From Camelus ferus (lineage: Eukaryota): DNA of 64,000 bases. Below are positions 27,380 through 40,989 of the stretch, one piece after another. Made by a program: the position numbers and the translations under genes. The first letter of the stretch is position 1, and the number at the start of each line of letters is the position of its first letter. Location of the stretch: positions 14,758,001 to 14,822,000 of the forward strand of contig NC_045697.1 in NCBI RefSeq assembly GCF_009834535.1, in the 5' to 3' direction. The notes under the pieces were generated by a model. That model had not been told where the DNA came from. It did no database searches and worked only from the letters and a program-made list of their open reading frames with translations.

Positions 27380-27590
27380 CTGAATGAGTGCTATTTTTCC
27401 TCCAAAGCACTGCCACCACTTGATATGTATATTTGTTTGCTTATTAATATAATAACTCTTCCTTCTCAGATATAACCTCCTGCCTGTGAAGGCAGAGATT
27501 TTTATCCATCTTGCTTGCTGGGATAGCCTTGAACTTAGAATAGTGCCTGGCACATAAGAGGCAGTGACAAGCTGTTGAATGAATAATGTA
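27380..27590 (+). mobile_element. L2 LINE 3' end
   Basis: tgaaggcagagatttttatc ... agaatagtgcctggcacataagaggc ... tgttgaatgaat. Confidence 0.75.
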
Positions 27591-28384
27591 ACTGATTTTC
27601 TCACTTCCCTAAAAGCCACCTGCTCCCTCACTGATCTTCCAAGGCCCCATTCCCTGTAATCCAGGGGCCAAGTCTGCCTGCAGAGCCCTGTGAGGTTTCT
27701 GTACACTCTCTCAGGATGCTACCACTGCACAGTGCCAGTGTTCCTAGTAACTTTATTAAGGGGAGGCACGAGCCTGCACACTGAACTGTCTTGGCCATGT
27801 CCTTTTCTCACTGTTTAATGTAAGATCTGCAGTTCCTGATGAGTGACCATGGAAAGCAATACAAGGAAGGCATCCCAGGAGGTTCCCCGTCCAACGTACC
27901 TGAGCACCACCAGTGTGGACGGTGAGAATTCCCTGGTAAGGGGTCCACTCCCACCCTTTGATGTCAGCTGGAAGAGCACTGATGCAGTCTAGACAGGGAG
28001 CGTGGCCCTGTCAATAACCGTGAGCTTTGAGTCAGAGCTTGAACTCAGACTAAAGCATTGCTCCAATGTCCTTTTCTCCTATAGAGCCTGGCCTTTCCTT
28101 TCAAAAAAGAAAGTCTAGAGTAACCAATAGAAAGACATGCCCTGGACATTGACTCCAGATCTTTGACCTCATTCAAGTGACTTCACCTCTCTAAACCTCA
28201 GTTTACTAGTCTCCAAAATGGGGCCAGTATACCTCCCTGGGGGCTGTTGTGAGGATTCTGTACAATAATGTTTCTAAACGATACTTAGTCCCAGGGAGCA
28301 CATAATTTGCAAAACACCGGGCTAAGCACACTGACTGTCCCATCCTCACAATCACTTCTGAAGAAGATGAAGATGTTCATTCTC

Positions 28385-30190
28385 GTATATGGTGTAAGGG
28401 AGTGTTCTAGCTTCATTGCTTTACATGCTGCTGTCCAGTTTTCCCGAACACCATTTGCTGAAGAGACTGTCTTTATTCCATTGTATATTCTTGCCTCCTT
28501 TGTCAAAGATGAGTTGACCAAAAGTTTGTGGGTTCATTTCTGGGCTCTCTATTCTGTTCCATTGGTCTACATGTCTGTTTTGGTACCAATACCATGCTGT
28601 CTTGATGACTGTAGCTCTACAGTATTGTCTGAAGTCTGGGAGAGTTATTCCTCCAGCCTCTTTCTTTCTCTTCAGTAATGCTTTGGCAATTCTAGGTCTT
28701 TGGTGGTTCCATATAAATTTTATTATGATTTGTTCTAGTTCTGTGAAATATGTCCTGGGTAATTTGATAGGGATTGCATTAAATCTGTAGATTGCCTTGG
28801 GCAGTGCGACCATTTTAACAATATTGATTCTTCCAGTCCAAGAGCATGGGATATCTTTCCATTTTTTAAAGTCTTCTTTAATTTCCTTCATCAATGGTTT
28901 ATAGTTTTCTGTGTGTAATTCATATACAAAAATCAACTCAAAATGGATCAAAGACTTAAACATAAGACAAGATACAATAAACCTCCTAGAGGAAAACATA
29001 GGCAAAACATTATATGACATGTATCTCAAAAATTTTCTCCTAGACGAAATAAAAGCAAGAATAAACAAATGGGACCTAATGAAACTTATAAGCTTCTGCA
29101 CAGCAAAGGAAACCATAAGTAAAACAAAAAGACAACCTACAGAATGGGAGAAAATTTTTGCAAATGAAACCGACAAAGGCTTGATCTCCAGAATATATAA
29201 GCAGCTCATACAACTCAATAACAAGAAAATAAACAACCCAATCCAAAAATAGGCAGAAGACCTAAACAAGCAATTCTCCAAGGAAGACATACAAATGATC
29301 AAAAGGCACATGAAAAAATGCTCAGTATCACTAATTATCAGAGAAATGCAAATCAAAACTACAATGAGGTATCACCTCACACCAGTCAGAATGGCTGTCA
29401 TTCAAAAAACCATAAATGACAAATGCTGGAGAGGCTGTGGAGAAAGCGGAACCCTCCTACACTGCTGGTGGGAATGCAGTTTGGTGCAGCCACTATGGAA
29501 AACAGTGTGGAGATTCCTCAAAAGACTAGGAATAGACTTACCGTATGACCCAGGAATCCCACTCCTGGGCATATATCCAGAAGGAACCCTACTTCAGGAT
29601 GACACCTGCATCCCAATGTTCATAGCAGCACTATTTACAATAGCCAAAACATGGAAACAGCCTAAATGCCCATCAACAGGTGACTGGATAAAGAAGAAGT
29701 GGTATATTTATACAATGGAATACTACTCAGCCATAAAAACCGACAACATAACGCCATTTGCAGCAACATGGATGTCCCTGGAGAATGTCATTCTAAGTGA
29801 AGTAAGTCAGAAAGAGAAAGAAAAATACCATATGAGATCACTCATATGTGGAATCTAAAAAAGAAAAACAACAACAACAACAACAAAAAAGCGTAAATAC
29901 AAAACAGAAATAGACTCATAGACATAGAATACAAACTTGTGGTTGCCAAGGGGGCAGAGGGTGGGAAGGGATAGACGGGATTTCAAAATTGTAGAATAGA
30001 TAAACAAGATTATACTGTATAGCACAGGGAAATATACACAAGATCTTATGGTAGCTCACAGAGAAAAAAATGTGACAATGAATATATATATGTCCAGGTA
30101 TAACTGAAAAATTGTGCTGAACACTGGAATTTGACACAACATTGTAAAATGATTATAAATCAATAAAAAATGTTAAAAAAAAAAAAAAAA
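28385..30190 (+). mobile_element. young (camelid-like) L1, 5'-truncated with a 5' inversion: inverted ORF2 piece ~28385-28918 (-), then sense ORF2 end, 3'UTR and poly(A) 28921-30190 (+)
   Basis: ORF-track peptides match L1 ORF2 ([18 protein letters not shown]... on -; ...TLLHCWWEC...HMRSLICGI* on +, with a premature TAG at 29250-29252). AATAAA at 30162-30167, poly(A) to 30190, and a 15-bp TSD AAGATGTTCATTCTC at 28370-28384 and 30189-30203. Confidence 0.95.
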
Positions 30191-32958
30191 GATGTTCATT
30201 CTCATCCTACAGATGAAGAAGTGGAGGCTTGGGAGGAGTTAGTAAACTGCCCCAAGTCCCAAAGCATCAGAAGCCAGCCAGGCTGACAGCTGTACACTGA
30301 CTGTCAGGACAGTCCTGTGTACTGGGCTTGACAGTGGCCAAGTATACACTCAGCACTTGATAAATGCTTTCCTTCACTAACATATAAACTCCATAGGGAT
30401 AACTGACCCACACTTTATTGTGATTTTTTAAAAGACTGTTTACTCATTCTGGATTGATGATGCTATTTTAGACACAGGAAAGTTCTGTGCCCCTGCCCTG
30501 GGGTTGGGGGTGGGGGAAGGGAAGAGCATGAGGTGGCGGTGAAAGAAAGGGCTTGTTGCTGTAATTGTTTGCCAAAAGCGTTCTCTCAAGAAGCTAATGA
30601 GGGGGGACAGAGGCAGATCCAGGTCTCTGTTTAAAAGGAGGATCAACAAAGCAACGCTGAGTAGTCACTCAGCTTCTGCTGCAGCTGGAAGGCTTCCCTG
30701 GCCCGTCCCCAGGAAAAGGAGCACACTTAATTAGAGACTCTCTTACCCTCGCACTTCAGAGCGTATCCCTAAAGTGCTGTTTATCCAAAATCATCATCAT
30801 TTCGGCTTCATGTTCAGCAATGTGGCTTTTGGAAGGAAAACAATGTTCCCCTCCCAAATGAGAGATGAGCCACCCTTCGATGGCCGAGGCAGGGAACAAA
30901 GGGGCTGTAGTCATTCCTGTCTGTGTCTTTTGGTTCCAATTTGGGGATGGTATTAAATGGGGTTGGGACAGGGGAAGAGCTTTCTCTACAGCCTAGTCTT
31001 AGAGCCTCATTTAGTTGGTCTGGTCAAAAATTAAACTTCATTCCATTTATTTCTGATTATTCATCATTTATTTACTTGTTAGATTTATGGTTCAGGTAGA
31101 ATACAAGGTAGTATGGGTAATAACATTCCTATTTCCATTCTTTGAAAAGCTTAGAATCTACAAAAACAAAATTTAGATGACAGTAGCTAATATTTTCAGC
31201 CTAATCATTATTTGACAGATTAGTGAACTAAGCACTTTATATGGATTCTTTTACCGCATCCTCACATAAACCCTGTGAGGTAGGGGTCATTATCTCCACT
31301 GTACAAGGTAAAATTGAGGAACAGAGGGCTTGGCAGATTACATCAGGAAATATCCAACCCAGGATTTAAACCCAGGTCTGATTCCAGAAATCAAGATTAG
31401 AGAGTGTTTAGAGCAACTGCAAAATGCAGTTGCAAACTACCACCGTGCACAGCAGCCCTGATGAAAGCCTTGAAGGAAGTATGGAAAGGACCAGGAGAGC
31501 GGGAGACCCCGCTTAGGCTTGAGTGGCAGTGGGAGGGAGGGGAATGGAACTAAGATCAACTTCAGCGCGCTGGGCTTGTCCAACGCAAATCTTTGGTGGC
31601 TTTTTTTCATAGCAAGGGCAGTCTGCATTACATGACCGGTGAGGAATTATACTAGTCTTGCCAGAGAATTCAACCAGAGCCTGAAAAATACTCAAAGCCA
31701 GCCAAGCTACTTGCCCTGATGCTCCCATGAAGTCCCTTCCCTCAGTTCTCAGGCCATATCCACTGTGATACGCCAACTGAGCATCAGTTGCCTGCCTCAT
31801 CTAACTCCTTCCTCTCTTTCGGCAGCTACTCAAAGAAGAGAAGCCTGGCTAAATCCTATGACTAAGTAGGATATCTGTCCCTTTAAAATGACGTGAAACA
31901 AAATTAAGCAGCAAGGCCTCAAATGAGAAATGTATTTCAATAATGTGAAGAAAGAATGACCCACACTCAAAGAAGCACCAGGATAATGCAGAAGTGAGGA
32001 GCAAGCTTCTCGTTCAAATCCCCGTTCTGCTGCATTAGAGCTTCCTGACTTTGGGCAAGTTGCGGAGATGATTCATGCAAAGCACTTAAGAGCAGAGACT
32101 GTCACATTGTAAATGCTCAGTAAAGGGTATATATTATTGTAATTACTTCTTGAGCCCATTGCTATACATCAAGGCTGTTCTAATTGCTTTACATGAATTA
32201 TCTCAATAAATTCAAAGAACAACTCAATTAGCCAAACACTATTATTACTCCCAGCCACCATGCGGATAGAAAGGAGTAGGGTATCTGCAGTTGAGTTTGG
32301 ATCTAAAGAAACACATTGCTCATACCCATCCACCAAGTTTACCACCATCATCAATACAAGTGATGTGAGAATAATTTATTCATAATGACAACTTTTAAAT
32401 TGCTGTTCTTACGAAAAATGGAAATCTAGATATCCCTGTTGCAAAGGAAAAAAAAATGTAACCTTCCTGAGCACTGGTTTTCAAGAACATCATAGTCACT
32501 TTCCATTCTGGAACACTCCACAGAATGAACAGATACAATGAGGTGTTGGTGTAGCAACAGAATGCACGTTCTACCCAGGTTCCACTGGGTTTTCTGAGTC
32601 CTGTTATCTGCTGAGGAAGTTCATCTTCAAGGACATATTCCATGGCTCCATCAGCCTCATCAGCCTCACCTATGCATCACACTCACATTCCATGACTAGA
32701 CAATTCCCTGGATGGTAAGGACCAACACTGCACCAGGCTTCACCAGGCAACCTTGTCCTCAGAATAAACAGCAAAGGCAAGTGCTCAGTGGGCGAAGGTA
32801 GTTAAACAGAAGAATAACAGACAGTGACTCAGACATACTTTGAAATTGTATTTTAGTGCATCCTTACAGGATTGAAGATAAATGGGAAGAATTGTAAGTA
32901 GCAATATTATCCAGCACTGGCAAGAGAGAACAGAGAATTGTTATACATATATATTAAC

Positions 32959-33141
32959 TGCTGGTGCTCAAACTTTAGACAGTATCAGAATTACCTTCAG
33001 ATCTTCAAAGTGAGTTCTCAGACTTTCCCTAGAGATTCTGATTTAGTAGGTCTTGGGTAGAGCTCATGAATCTCTATTTTTACCAAACATTCGAATGATT
33101 CTAACGCAGGACTTCTCTGGACCACACCATAAGAAACACTG
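32959..33141. mobile_element. MER5-type hAT-Charlie MITE
   Basis: tgctcaaactttagacagtatcagaattacc ... agagattctgatttagtaggtcttggg ... gaccacaccataagaaacactg. Confidence 0.75.
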
Positions 33142-34546
33142 CATTAATCTGCTCCAGCACTCTCACCCAGTAAGTAGCATGGCCTCCAGGGAGACATTTC
33201 CCCAGCTTATTAAAAACTAGCCAAGAGTCACACATTTTACAAACTCAACAGGCTTATGAATAGATCAGGGCTTCATCAGTTTCTCAAACTTCTCTAGAAA
33301 GTTTTTTTCTTCTACTAGGAGTAAGGTATTTTTAAGTCATTTGTGAATAGATACAAGTTTCCATTCCATGTTGTCAAAGTATTTTTGATGATTCATTCCC
33401 TGCATGCATCACAACTTTCTTTCACCAGGGAGCTCCAGATGCAAACCTAAATGGAGGCAAGATTGTAAACCACCCCACATGTCTCTGCATCGCTACACGT
33501 CCTGGCTCCGATTGTGAATCTCCAGCATCCTCCTTTTGGCTCCAAATGTAATCACTTAAGTGAGGGACGATGCTAATAGGCAGCCATCTCAATAAGCAAG
33601 CAAAGTGAAATAAATAGCAACTGATGGATGTCAATGTTTGGAAGTGTGAAGCTGATTTAGATAAAGTGGACATTTCAGTTTGTGGTCTAATAAAAAACAA
33701 AACAGCAGCCACAAGGAGACTTTTCCCATTACTCTGCTGGGGATAATCTTTATCTAAATCAATACTATAAAAGTAACAAAAGACATAAAGTTGTCTGAAG
33801 CATAATTCATTTATTATGAAGTTATGTAAGACTCAAATAATTGAAACACGATTATTTATGTGATCATTAGACCCAGGGTAATTTCTACAGATTTTTAGGC
33901 CTGCTTAAGGGAAATCTCAGTTCCAGATATATATTTAGCCAGATTTCATTACAAATATTGTTTCTTCCAACCAATTACTCCTCATCACAGTTGACATGCT
34001 GTTGTACTTCCTCACTGTAACAGAGTATAAAAATTGTTTATTCTTTTATTTTATTGCACCAAAGAAATACAAGATATGAAAAGTAATACACAGCAATCCC
34101 CTTGGCAATTACTCATTCAACTTATATGTTGTAGTTTAATTACTAACAACTCTAACTTAATCACTTTTTAATAACCTTGCTTTTCAACAGGAATATATCA
34201 ACTATAATAGCCATGATATTTACATCATGCTAGAATCAATTTTGCATACTAATTAGGCTTACGTTTTATACGAAGCACACATTAAGACTTTTTAGTAGGA
34301 CCACACTGAAAAGAAAAGTGGTCATCAACACAATGGAAATGTAACTAATTAAGTAACACAATGTGGCCTCAAAGAGTTAAAAAGATTAACTTTTATACAT
34401 AACTGAGGGCATGCTATGTTAAATTTATAGAGACAGCCATGAATAGCTTACAAAGTTTTTGAAAGGTCATCAAAACAAGCCAGTCCAACATGACCTGCTG
34501 GTTGATAACTGAGGATGGCACCAATCTGAACTGTGGCATTAGTATA

Positions 34547-35233
34547 TGTAGTAGTTTTCTGTTGCTGCATAGCAAATTATCACAACCTGAAGGGCTTACA
34601 AAAACAGAAATTTAATATTTTGTAGTTTCCTTGGATGGAGAGTCTGGTTTGGGGTTAGCTGAAATCACAGTGCAGGCTGGGGCTGCGACCACATCTGAAG
34701 CGCTGGGGCTGCGACCACATCTGAAGCACTGGGTCTGCTTCTGTGATCACCAGTTGCTCACAGAACTCATTTCCTTCTTGGTTGTATAAATGACGTCCCT
34801 ATTTTCTTGTTAGCTCTTGCACGGGGACCATTCTCAGTTCCTCGAAGCTGTTTTTAGTTCCTTGCCCTCTCTAGAACATGTTAATTTGCTCCTTCAATGC
34901 CAGTAGGAAAATCTCTCTCATGTTTCAAATCTCTCTGACCTCTTTTCAGGGATTACTTGATTAGGTCAGGCTCACCCAGGATAGTCTCCTTTGATGAACT
35001 CAAAGTCACCTGGTTAGGAAACTTAATTACATCTACAAAATCACTTCTGCTATATTCAGTCCCATAATTACGGTAGTGGTACCCATACCCCTACCATAGT
35101 TACACACCCTACTCAGATCCATAGCTATCGTAGTTACAGATTCTACTTAAAACACTCAAGGAAAAGGGAGTTGACAGGACATATACATCAGGCTGTGGAA
35201 TCTTGGGGCCATCTCAGAATTCTGCTTTCCACA
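34547..35233 (-). mobile_element. solo MaLR LTR (MLT1 family)
   Basis: TG...CA termini, a perfect 5-bp TSD GTATA (34542-34546 and 35234-35238), and MLT1 motifs (ttgctgcatagcaaattatcacaa; ggggccatctcagaattctgc). Confidence 0.9.
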
Positions 35234-36089
35234 GTATATTTCCGCTCTAACTGCTGAGTAGCATGCCAGGTGTCCTGTGGTTATGAGAGGTTGAAAGATA
35301 ATTTTTATTTTATGATTTTTTTTCAAACTAAATTTGAGAGGAGGCTCAGCAAAGAGCTACTAGGCATTTGGTTGCTGAATGCACAGGAGTCAACAGATTT
35401 GAAATCCTGGAGTGGACGCAGTCCATCAGTCACTCACGGCAGCAAGAGGAGAAAATGGTTAGAAGAAGCCAGAGCTGCACTGTGGTTGCCCCTCCGGCAC
35501 TAGACTGCACATTGACCAGCTGGCATCATCCACTGCAGTACAGAAAGTAGAGAGCACGATCTAGGAATGGGTGAGGAGTAGCACGCTTGGTGCCCTAACA
35601 CCATGGCTTCCAGATTGCATTCACTATAGAGTGGATTATTTATAGATTTTTTTCCTGCTTCTTATTGCAATAGCAACAGTGACCTAGCTCTGTTCCCACT
35701 ACGGTTATGGCCAATTTTATCAATATCTTTTTTACTCTCATCACAATAGATCACAGTGAAATCACTGCCTCGGTGCAAATCCTAATTTGACACTTTATCA
35801 GCTACACAACTTTGGGCAGATACCGTCTCTTAACCTTAGTTACCTCGTGTATAAAATACACTGAGCTGCTGCTGAGTTTGTGAGCTGAAATACTTAAAAA
35901 CAAGTGGAGCAATCCATATCACCATCAAGTAAGAAGTAAAGAAAAGTTATTGTTTTTACTATTATAATTAGAATGAGGAGGGTGTCATGATTCCTTTGCT
36001 CCCGAGGTTTACACACAATCTAGTGCCATATCTTGCCTATGGGGTCCACTCAATATGTGCCTGTTAAAACTCTGTTAAGCCTGTCTTCC

Positions 36090-36630
36090 CCCTTCTGATG
36101 TACCCTCATTCTATGCTGTCGTTAGAGTGACAGGAACATGACTTTCTCCATCTGCAGTTTTCAGTGGTATCTCACTGACTCCTGAATGAAATTCCCAAAC
36201 CATAGCAAGATTTACAAGGTTCCTCCCAACCCTCTGAGATCTCCAGCCTCATCTTCCAATAATCTGTCTTCAGGTCATGCTGAACTATTGCTGGAGCCAA
36301 AATACCAGGTTTATTCCTCCAGCTGCTTCTTTTTCCTTCTGAGAAATTCTTACCCATTATTTAAGAGTCGGCTTAAATGTTTTCACTTGGGTGGAGTCTT
36401 TCACAAGCCCCTTTCTTCCAACCAGAGAAGGCTGATGCCCTTCTTCTTTCTGCTTCGTACTTACCTCAGTTATTACCCTTTCAAGATTTATGAACTTGTT
36501 GGCCTATCTCCTTTATGAAACTATGAGTTCTAGAGAGGAGGAATCATAACTTATTTATTGTTCTAGCCTCAGTACTTATCCACGTGCCTGGAATACATTA
36601 GTTGATCAGTAAGTGTTGCAGTAAGTGAAG
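36090..36630 (+). mobile_element. L2 LINE 3' fragment
   Basis: L2 3'UTR-like motifs ending gtgcctggaatacattagttgatcagtaagtgttg. Confidence 0.65.
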
Positions 36631-39600
36631 GAGTGAAGGAAGAGAGGAGGGGGAAAGGAAGATGCTAATGGCCTGCAATCTGTAGGACACAAGGAGGATT
36701 TAAGTCAGATGTACAATCCTCCAACAACGAATCACCATGCCTAGAATCCCACCATCAGTGATTTCATTTTTCACATTAAGCACTTCAGGTGTCCTGAAAA
36801 TAACTTAAATGGCATCAGTAACACCTTGGTGTGAAAGAGGTTTGTCCATCACTTGTCTGCAGGAAAAGTGAGACCACTGGCAACCTGGTGATTTGAAGCC
36901 TGATGATACCAATGCATAAAGGAGGAGATATTTTGAGAGCCAGTTTGTTAGTACCCAACAGAATAGCTAGTTGAACTGGAAAATCTGGAGTGATTCCAGG
37001 ACAATCCAGAACATTTTAAGACAATCCAGTGGTTCTAAGACAATCAGTAATCTGCAAAATTGTGTCTTTCTTCCTATTTTCTATTAAGTTTTTACTGTAT
37101 TGAACATCCAATTTTATATTTTTGAAAATAGAGTTTAATAGCCACCACCCTGATTGTGAGTGATGCAAGCAATCAATTGGTGATTGATGCACACTGATGA
37201 ATGCAGGCTTCTAAATTATTAAGCCAGGTTTTCAGTGGCCACCTTCTGCACTGGGAACAACTGGCTTAGGGTTTCACATACTCCCTTTCTTTAGGGACCC
37301 AAACTGCCTGGCACTGTATTTTCACAGGTAACATCACTTTGTTCTCATGAGCCGCTCTAGCCTTCATATTTCTTGAATGGTCAGCTACTCAGGAGACACT
37401 GGAAAGGTATTCAGTGTTCTTGTGAGATGGAAATGCTTGTTACTAGCAAGAGGGAAAAACTGACATCTGGTCTGGGGTACCACATATTGCAAACTGTTTT
37501 TACAATATCTTGGATTTGATCACACTCTCAATTCACATGCCAACTGTTCCGTTTTCATAACCTTTAAGCCCTAATGATTTTAACATAAAGCTAATCAACA
37601 TATTTTCATTAATGAACATATAAATCACTTTGATTACTTAATATAAAATCATAAAAATGTGTTTGTTACTCAGTGTCCAAAAAACAGTTTTAATCATTTT
37701 TCTATGACTCTCTTTCCTTTTGGGGAGGGGATACAATAAAATTCATGGAGGAAATCAGATGGGCAAGTATGTATTTATATCAACTTTTTTTTTTTAAACA
37801 ATTAGATCATTTCAACAAAATGGTAAATAAAAACATTCATTCCTATTATACACATAAAGTGACAAGGTTTGACTAGAAAGAACGGAAAGCGTGTGTCTAT
37901 GTGAGTATTTACTGTCAGAACGTGTGTATTTAAATGGATCTTTTACCTTTCAAAGAAGCTATGTGAGGAGGTTATGCAGTGGTTCCGATGACGCTGCCTT
38001 TGTTCACACATTTTGGAGCTCCCCTATTGGGAATTCCCTTTAAATTCTGGCTACCATCAAGCTACCAATCCTCTGCATCAGTGAGAATGAGAATGAATGG
38101 GATTTTTAGAGCCACATTCTTATTAGTAAGCATTTCTGAAAATGCCTTGTGGGCCCTGGTGACGTGATGAGAACCGTGGTAATGGCTCGAGTTTCACATG
38201 GCCGCTTCTCTCTCTCACCTCACCAGGAGTGTCCCATCTGGCTTAGCAGCAAATGCGGGCTCCTGAAGCCAGGAGTGGTTGGCCAGGATTCCACTTGCAT
38301 ATTGTTTCCAAGTGCATGAAGTCAACAGAACCTAAAGTCTGCCTGAAGCCCACATGTGTCCTCACTGACATTATCATGAAAAATAACTCGAGCTTTATCC
38401 AACTCACAGAAAAGGCACAGCCCCTTCTCATCATATTTAGACTACTTTATGTCTTGTAAACAGTGTCACCAAAAGGGGAGATGTGCAAGGAAGGGAGGTA
38501 AAACGCGTAAGCAACTTGGCTATTTTTCATTAACTTACGCAATGTTTTGCTAGGGAAGTAAGTCAAAATCCATGGTTAGAATAAGCCTTTTGTGTTATCA
38601 TTGAACTTCAATTATGTACTATCCCTGCCTACATTACCTGGGATAATTAGAAGTTCACAGCATCACTGTTAGTCACAGAAACCCTAATAATTAATTTCTT
38701 GCTACCCAGGGTAGAAATAAGCCTCTACAATTCTATTTGATTTGGAAAAAGCATCTTGGATTCACCATTCCCTTAAGCTCTTGACCTTGAAGTCTGAAAC
38801 GGGATTTTGAAAAGGTCATTTTTTCTATATATTATATCAGTTATTTACTTTTTATTTTTGAGACTTAGGTACTGTGTATCAAAGTACTTTGTTACTACTG
38901 TACCACCACACAGTAGAAAAGACACTAATACACTACTACCTGTTTTCTTTTCATTCTAAAACCCTGTTACTTTGTCCTGCTCACTGATATGTATCCCTAA
39001 TAACTGCAAGTTTATACATGAACTTGGAATTTGTTTTGTTGAAAACTCTGGACGTAAAGAGAAGTTTATTTCTCTCTTCATGGATTTAATCGTGTAACTT
39101 TAGAAGGTTAGTAAAAATCCTCCTGAGTTTATATTTTTCCCAGACATCAGAAACATGAAGATTCATTCAATCAGGAATTGTTTAGGGGGAAAAAAGTATA
39201 TTTAAGCCTTAAACAAGCTATGGAGAAAGCTCAATGTAACTTTTCCTGTTAAAAATAAAATGAACTCTGGAATATTACTAATTTGATAATGGCTGTGCAC
39301 ACCTGGAAAGAATGAGGTGCAACTCTAAGCAGATGACACACCAGAGATTTAAAGAGAACTTAAGTCACTCAGAAAAAAACACATTAAAATACATTCAGGG
39401 AGTACAAATTCTAATGTGGTACTCAGGGCCAGCCTGCTCTCTTCACAGGCAAAAAGAGGAAAACGCCAAAGCTAAGCTTAAAAGGGGCCAAGGCCTGTCT
39501 CCTTTCCAAGATCAACCAGGTACTGTTGATTCTCTGCACCTTCAGACAGGTTTGCTAACAGCTGTGCTCATCTGGTCCTATTTGCATGTGGTTGGATCAA

Positions 39601-40560
39601 TCACATCTGAAGTAAGAATAGACTTATGGAGCAACAAACCAACAGATTCCATGATGTAGCATGGAATGAACCTTGCCTGAAGCCCTGCTGTGATCTTGGG
39701 AGTCAGTGTGTAATTAGTTATTCCTTTATGTTTAAATCCATAGTCTACCTCTAAAACCTGCCTACCAATTACCAGGATTCTTCTTTTTGCTTAGAAAGTC
39801 CCCAAATGTTGGCTACCTCCCTGGATCCCTGGAATTTGCCTTCTCTTCAGTGTCCCACTGTGGTAATCTAGCTATCCACCCAATATGAGCCTACTACTGA
39901 CTCTTGCAGAATTTGTCTATCCTTGAGTTACCTAGTAACCTGTTAAGTATCAGTACACATGAAATAGTTATGGCCCATCAAGATTAATGCCCTTCTACCC
40001 ATGGTGGTGTCAGGTAAGCTTTGTTTTCTACCACCCTACACAGGTATACACAGATACACATATGCACACAATCATACATACAATCAGTGAAAAGTCTGTT
40101 CCACAGCAATCCGCTCAGTTCCACTGAAAAACATTCCTTGTGAGAGATTTTTTAATGATTGTGTCATATTAATGGATAGCAGACACAAATTAATGGATCC
40201 CGGGTAAAATTTTTTAAATGGAACTGACTGGGAATCTAGGTGAATAAATTTTGATGGCATGATAAAGAAATAATAAGGCCCACACCTGAACAGTACAGTG
40301 GGTGAGTCCGGCCTGGAGGTGCCTGGGTTGGCAGGAATAGCACGGTCAGGGCACCCCAGGAGCTTGGAAGAGTGAACTCATGAGACTGGAGAGAAGACCA
40401 TGGACAAGGGACTGCCTCATGTGTAATTATTCCACGGTTAACAGGTTATGTGGAGCTGAACTGGTGAAGAACAATGATGGCCAGACCTGATATCTGTCCA
40501 CATCTTCACAGTTTTCAGAGCATTTTTCACAGTTCTCATGTTATTTTATCTTCATGAGAA

Positions 40561-40679
40561 GGGCTAGAACTAAGAGGAAGCAAGTGAGGCACCAAGGATG
40601 CAAACTTCAAGGTGGGGCTGTTGCTGAGGTCCTGCAGGTGTCTCACGCACTTCGCTCATGGCACCCTAGTCTGGGCTGC
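40561..40679. mobile_element. hAT MITE (MER96-like)
   Basis: Inverted termini gggctagaactaagaggaagcaagtgaggc ... gcaccctagtctgggc. Confidence 0.55.
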
Positions 40680-40989
40680 TGTCATATCCAGAGAAAGCAT
40701 TAATTCTGTTAGGTATTAGGAAAGTTAGGTACACAGAATTTAAGTGCAGTGTCACTAATAGTGTTGAATCTGGGTTTAAACACTTGTCCCCCTGACTCCT
40801 GGGAAAAATGTAATGTTTATTTAGTTCAGACAATCTCAGTCAGGACTTACACTGCATTAATTGGCAAAACAAAAAATTGGCACCCATAAAGAACCCTACT
40901 ACACTTATTTACTGTGAAGTGGTTTTTGTTGTTGTTGTTTTGTTTTTTCTGGAAAGAAAGAATGGGAAACTGCAGCCAGCAAGATTTTA

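Noticed and set aside
27032..27706. 224-aa minus-strand ORF
   Set aside because: It overlaps an L2 3' end, has no recognisable domain and no supportable splice context; likely a chance ORF.
28911..29858. 113-aa and 187-aa plus-strand ORFs
   Set aside because: They are L1 ORF2 C-terminal fragments of a truncated element, separated by a premature stop, not a host gene.
31413..31433. Inverted repeat GCAACTGCA-AAA-TGCAGTTGC
   Set aside because: A 9-bp stem is expected by chance in 64 kb and is too short for a miRNA or other structured RNA.
36999..37047. Three GACAATC units at 19-20 nt spacing, superficially array-like
   Set aside because: Too short and degenerate. This is a small decayed tandem duplication in mammalian DNA, not a CRISPR-like array.
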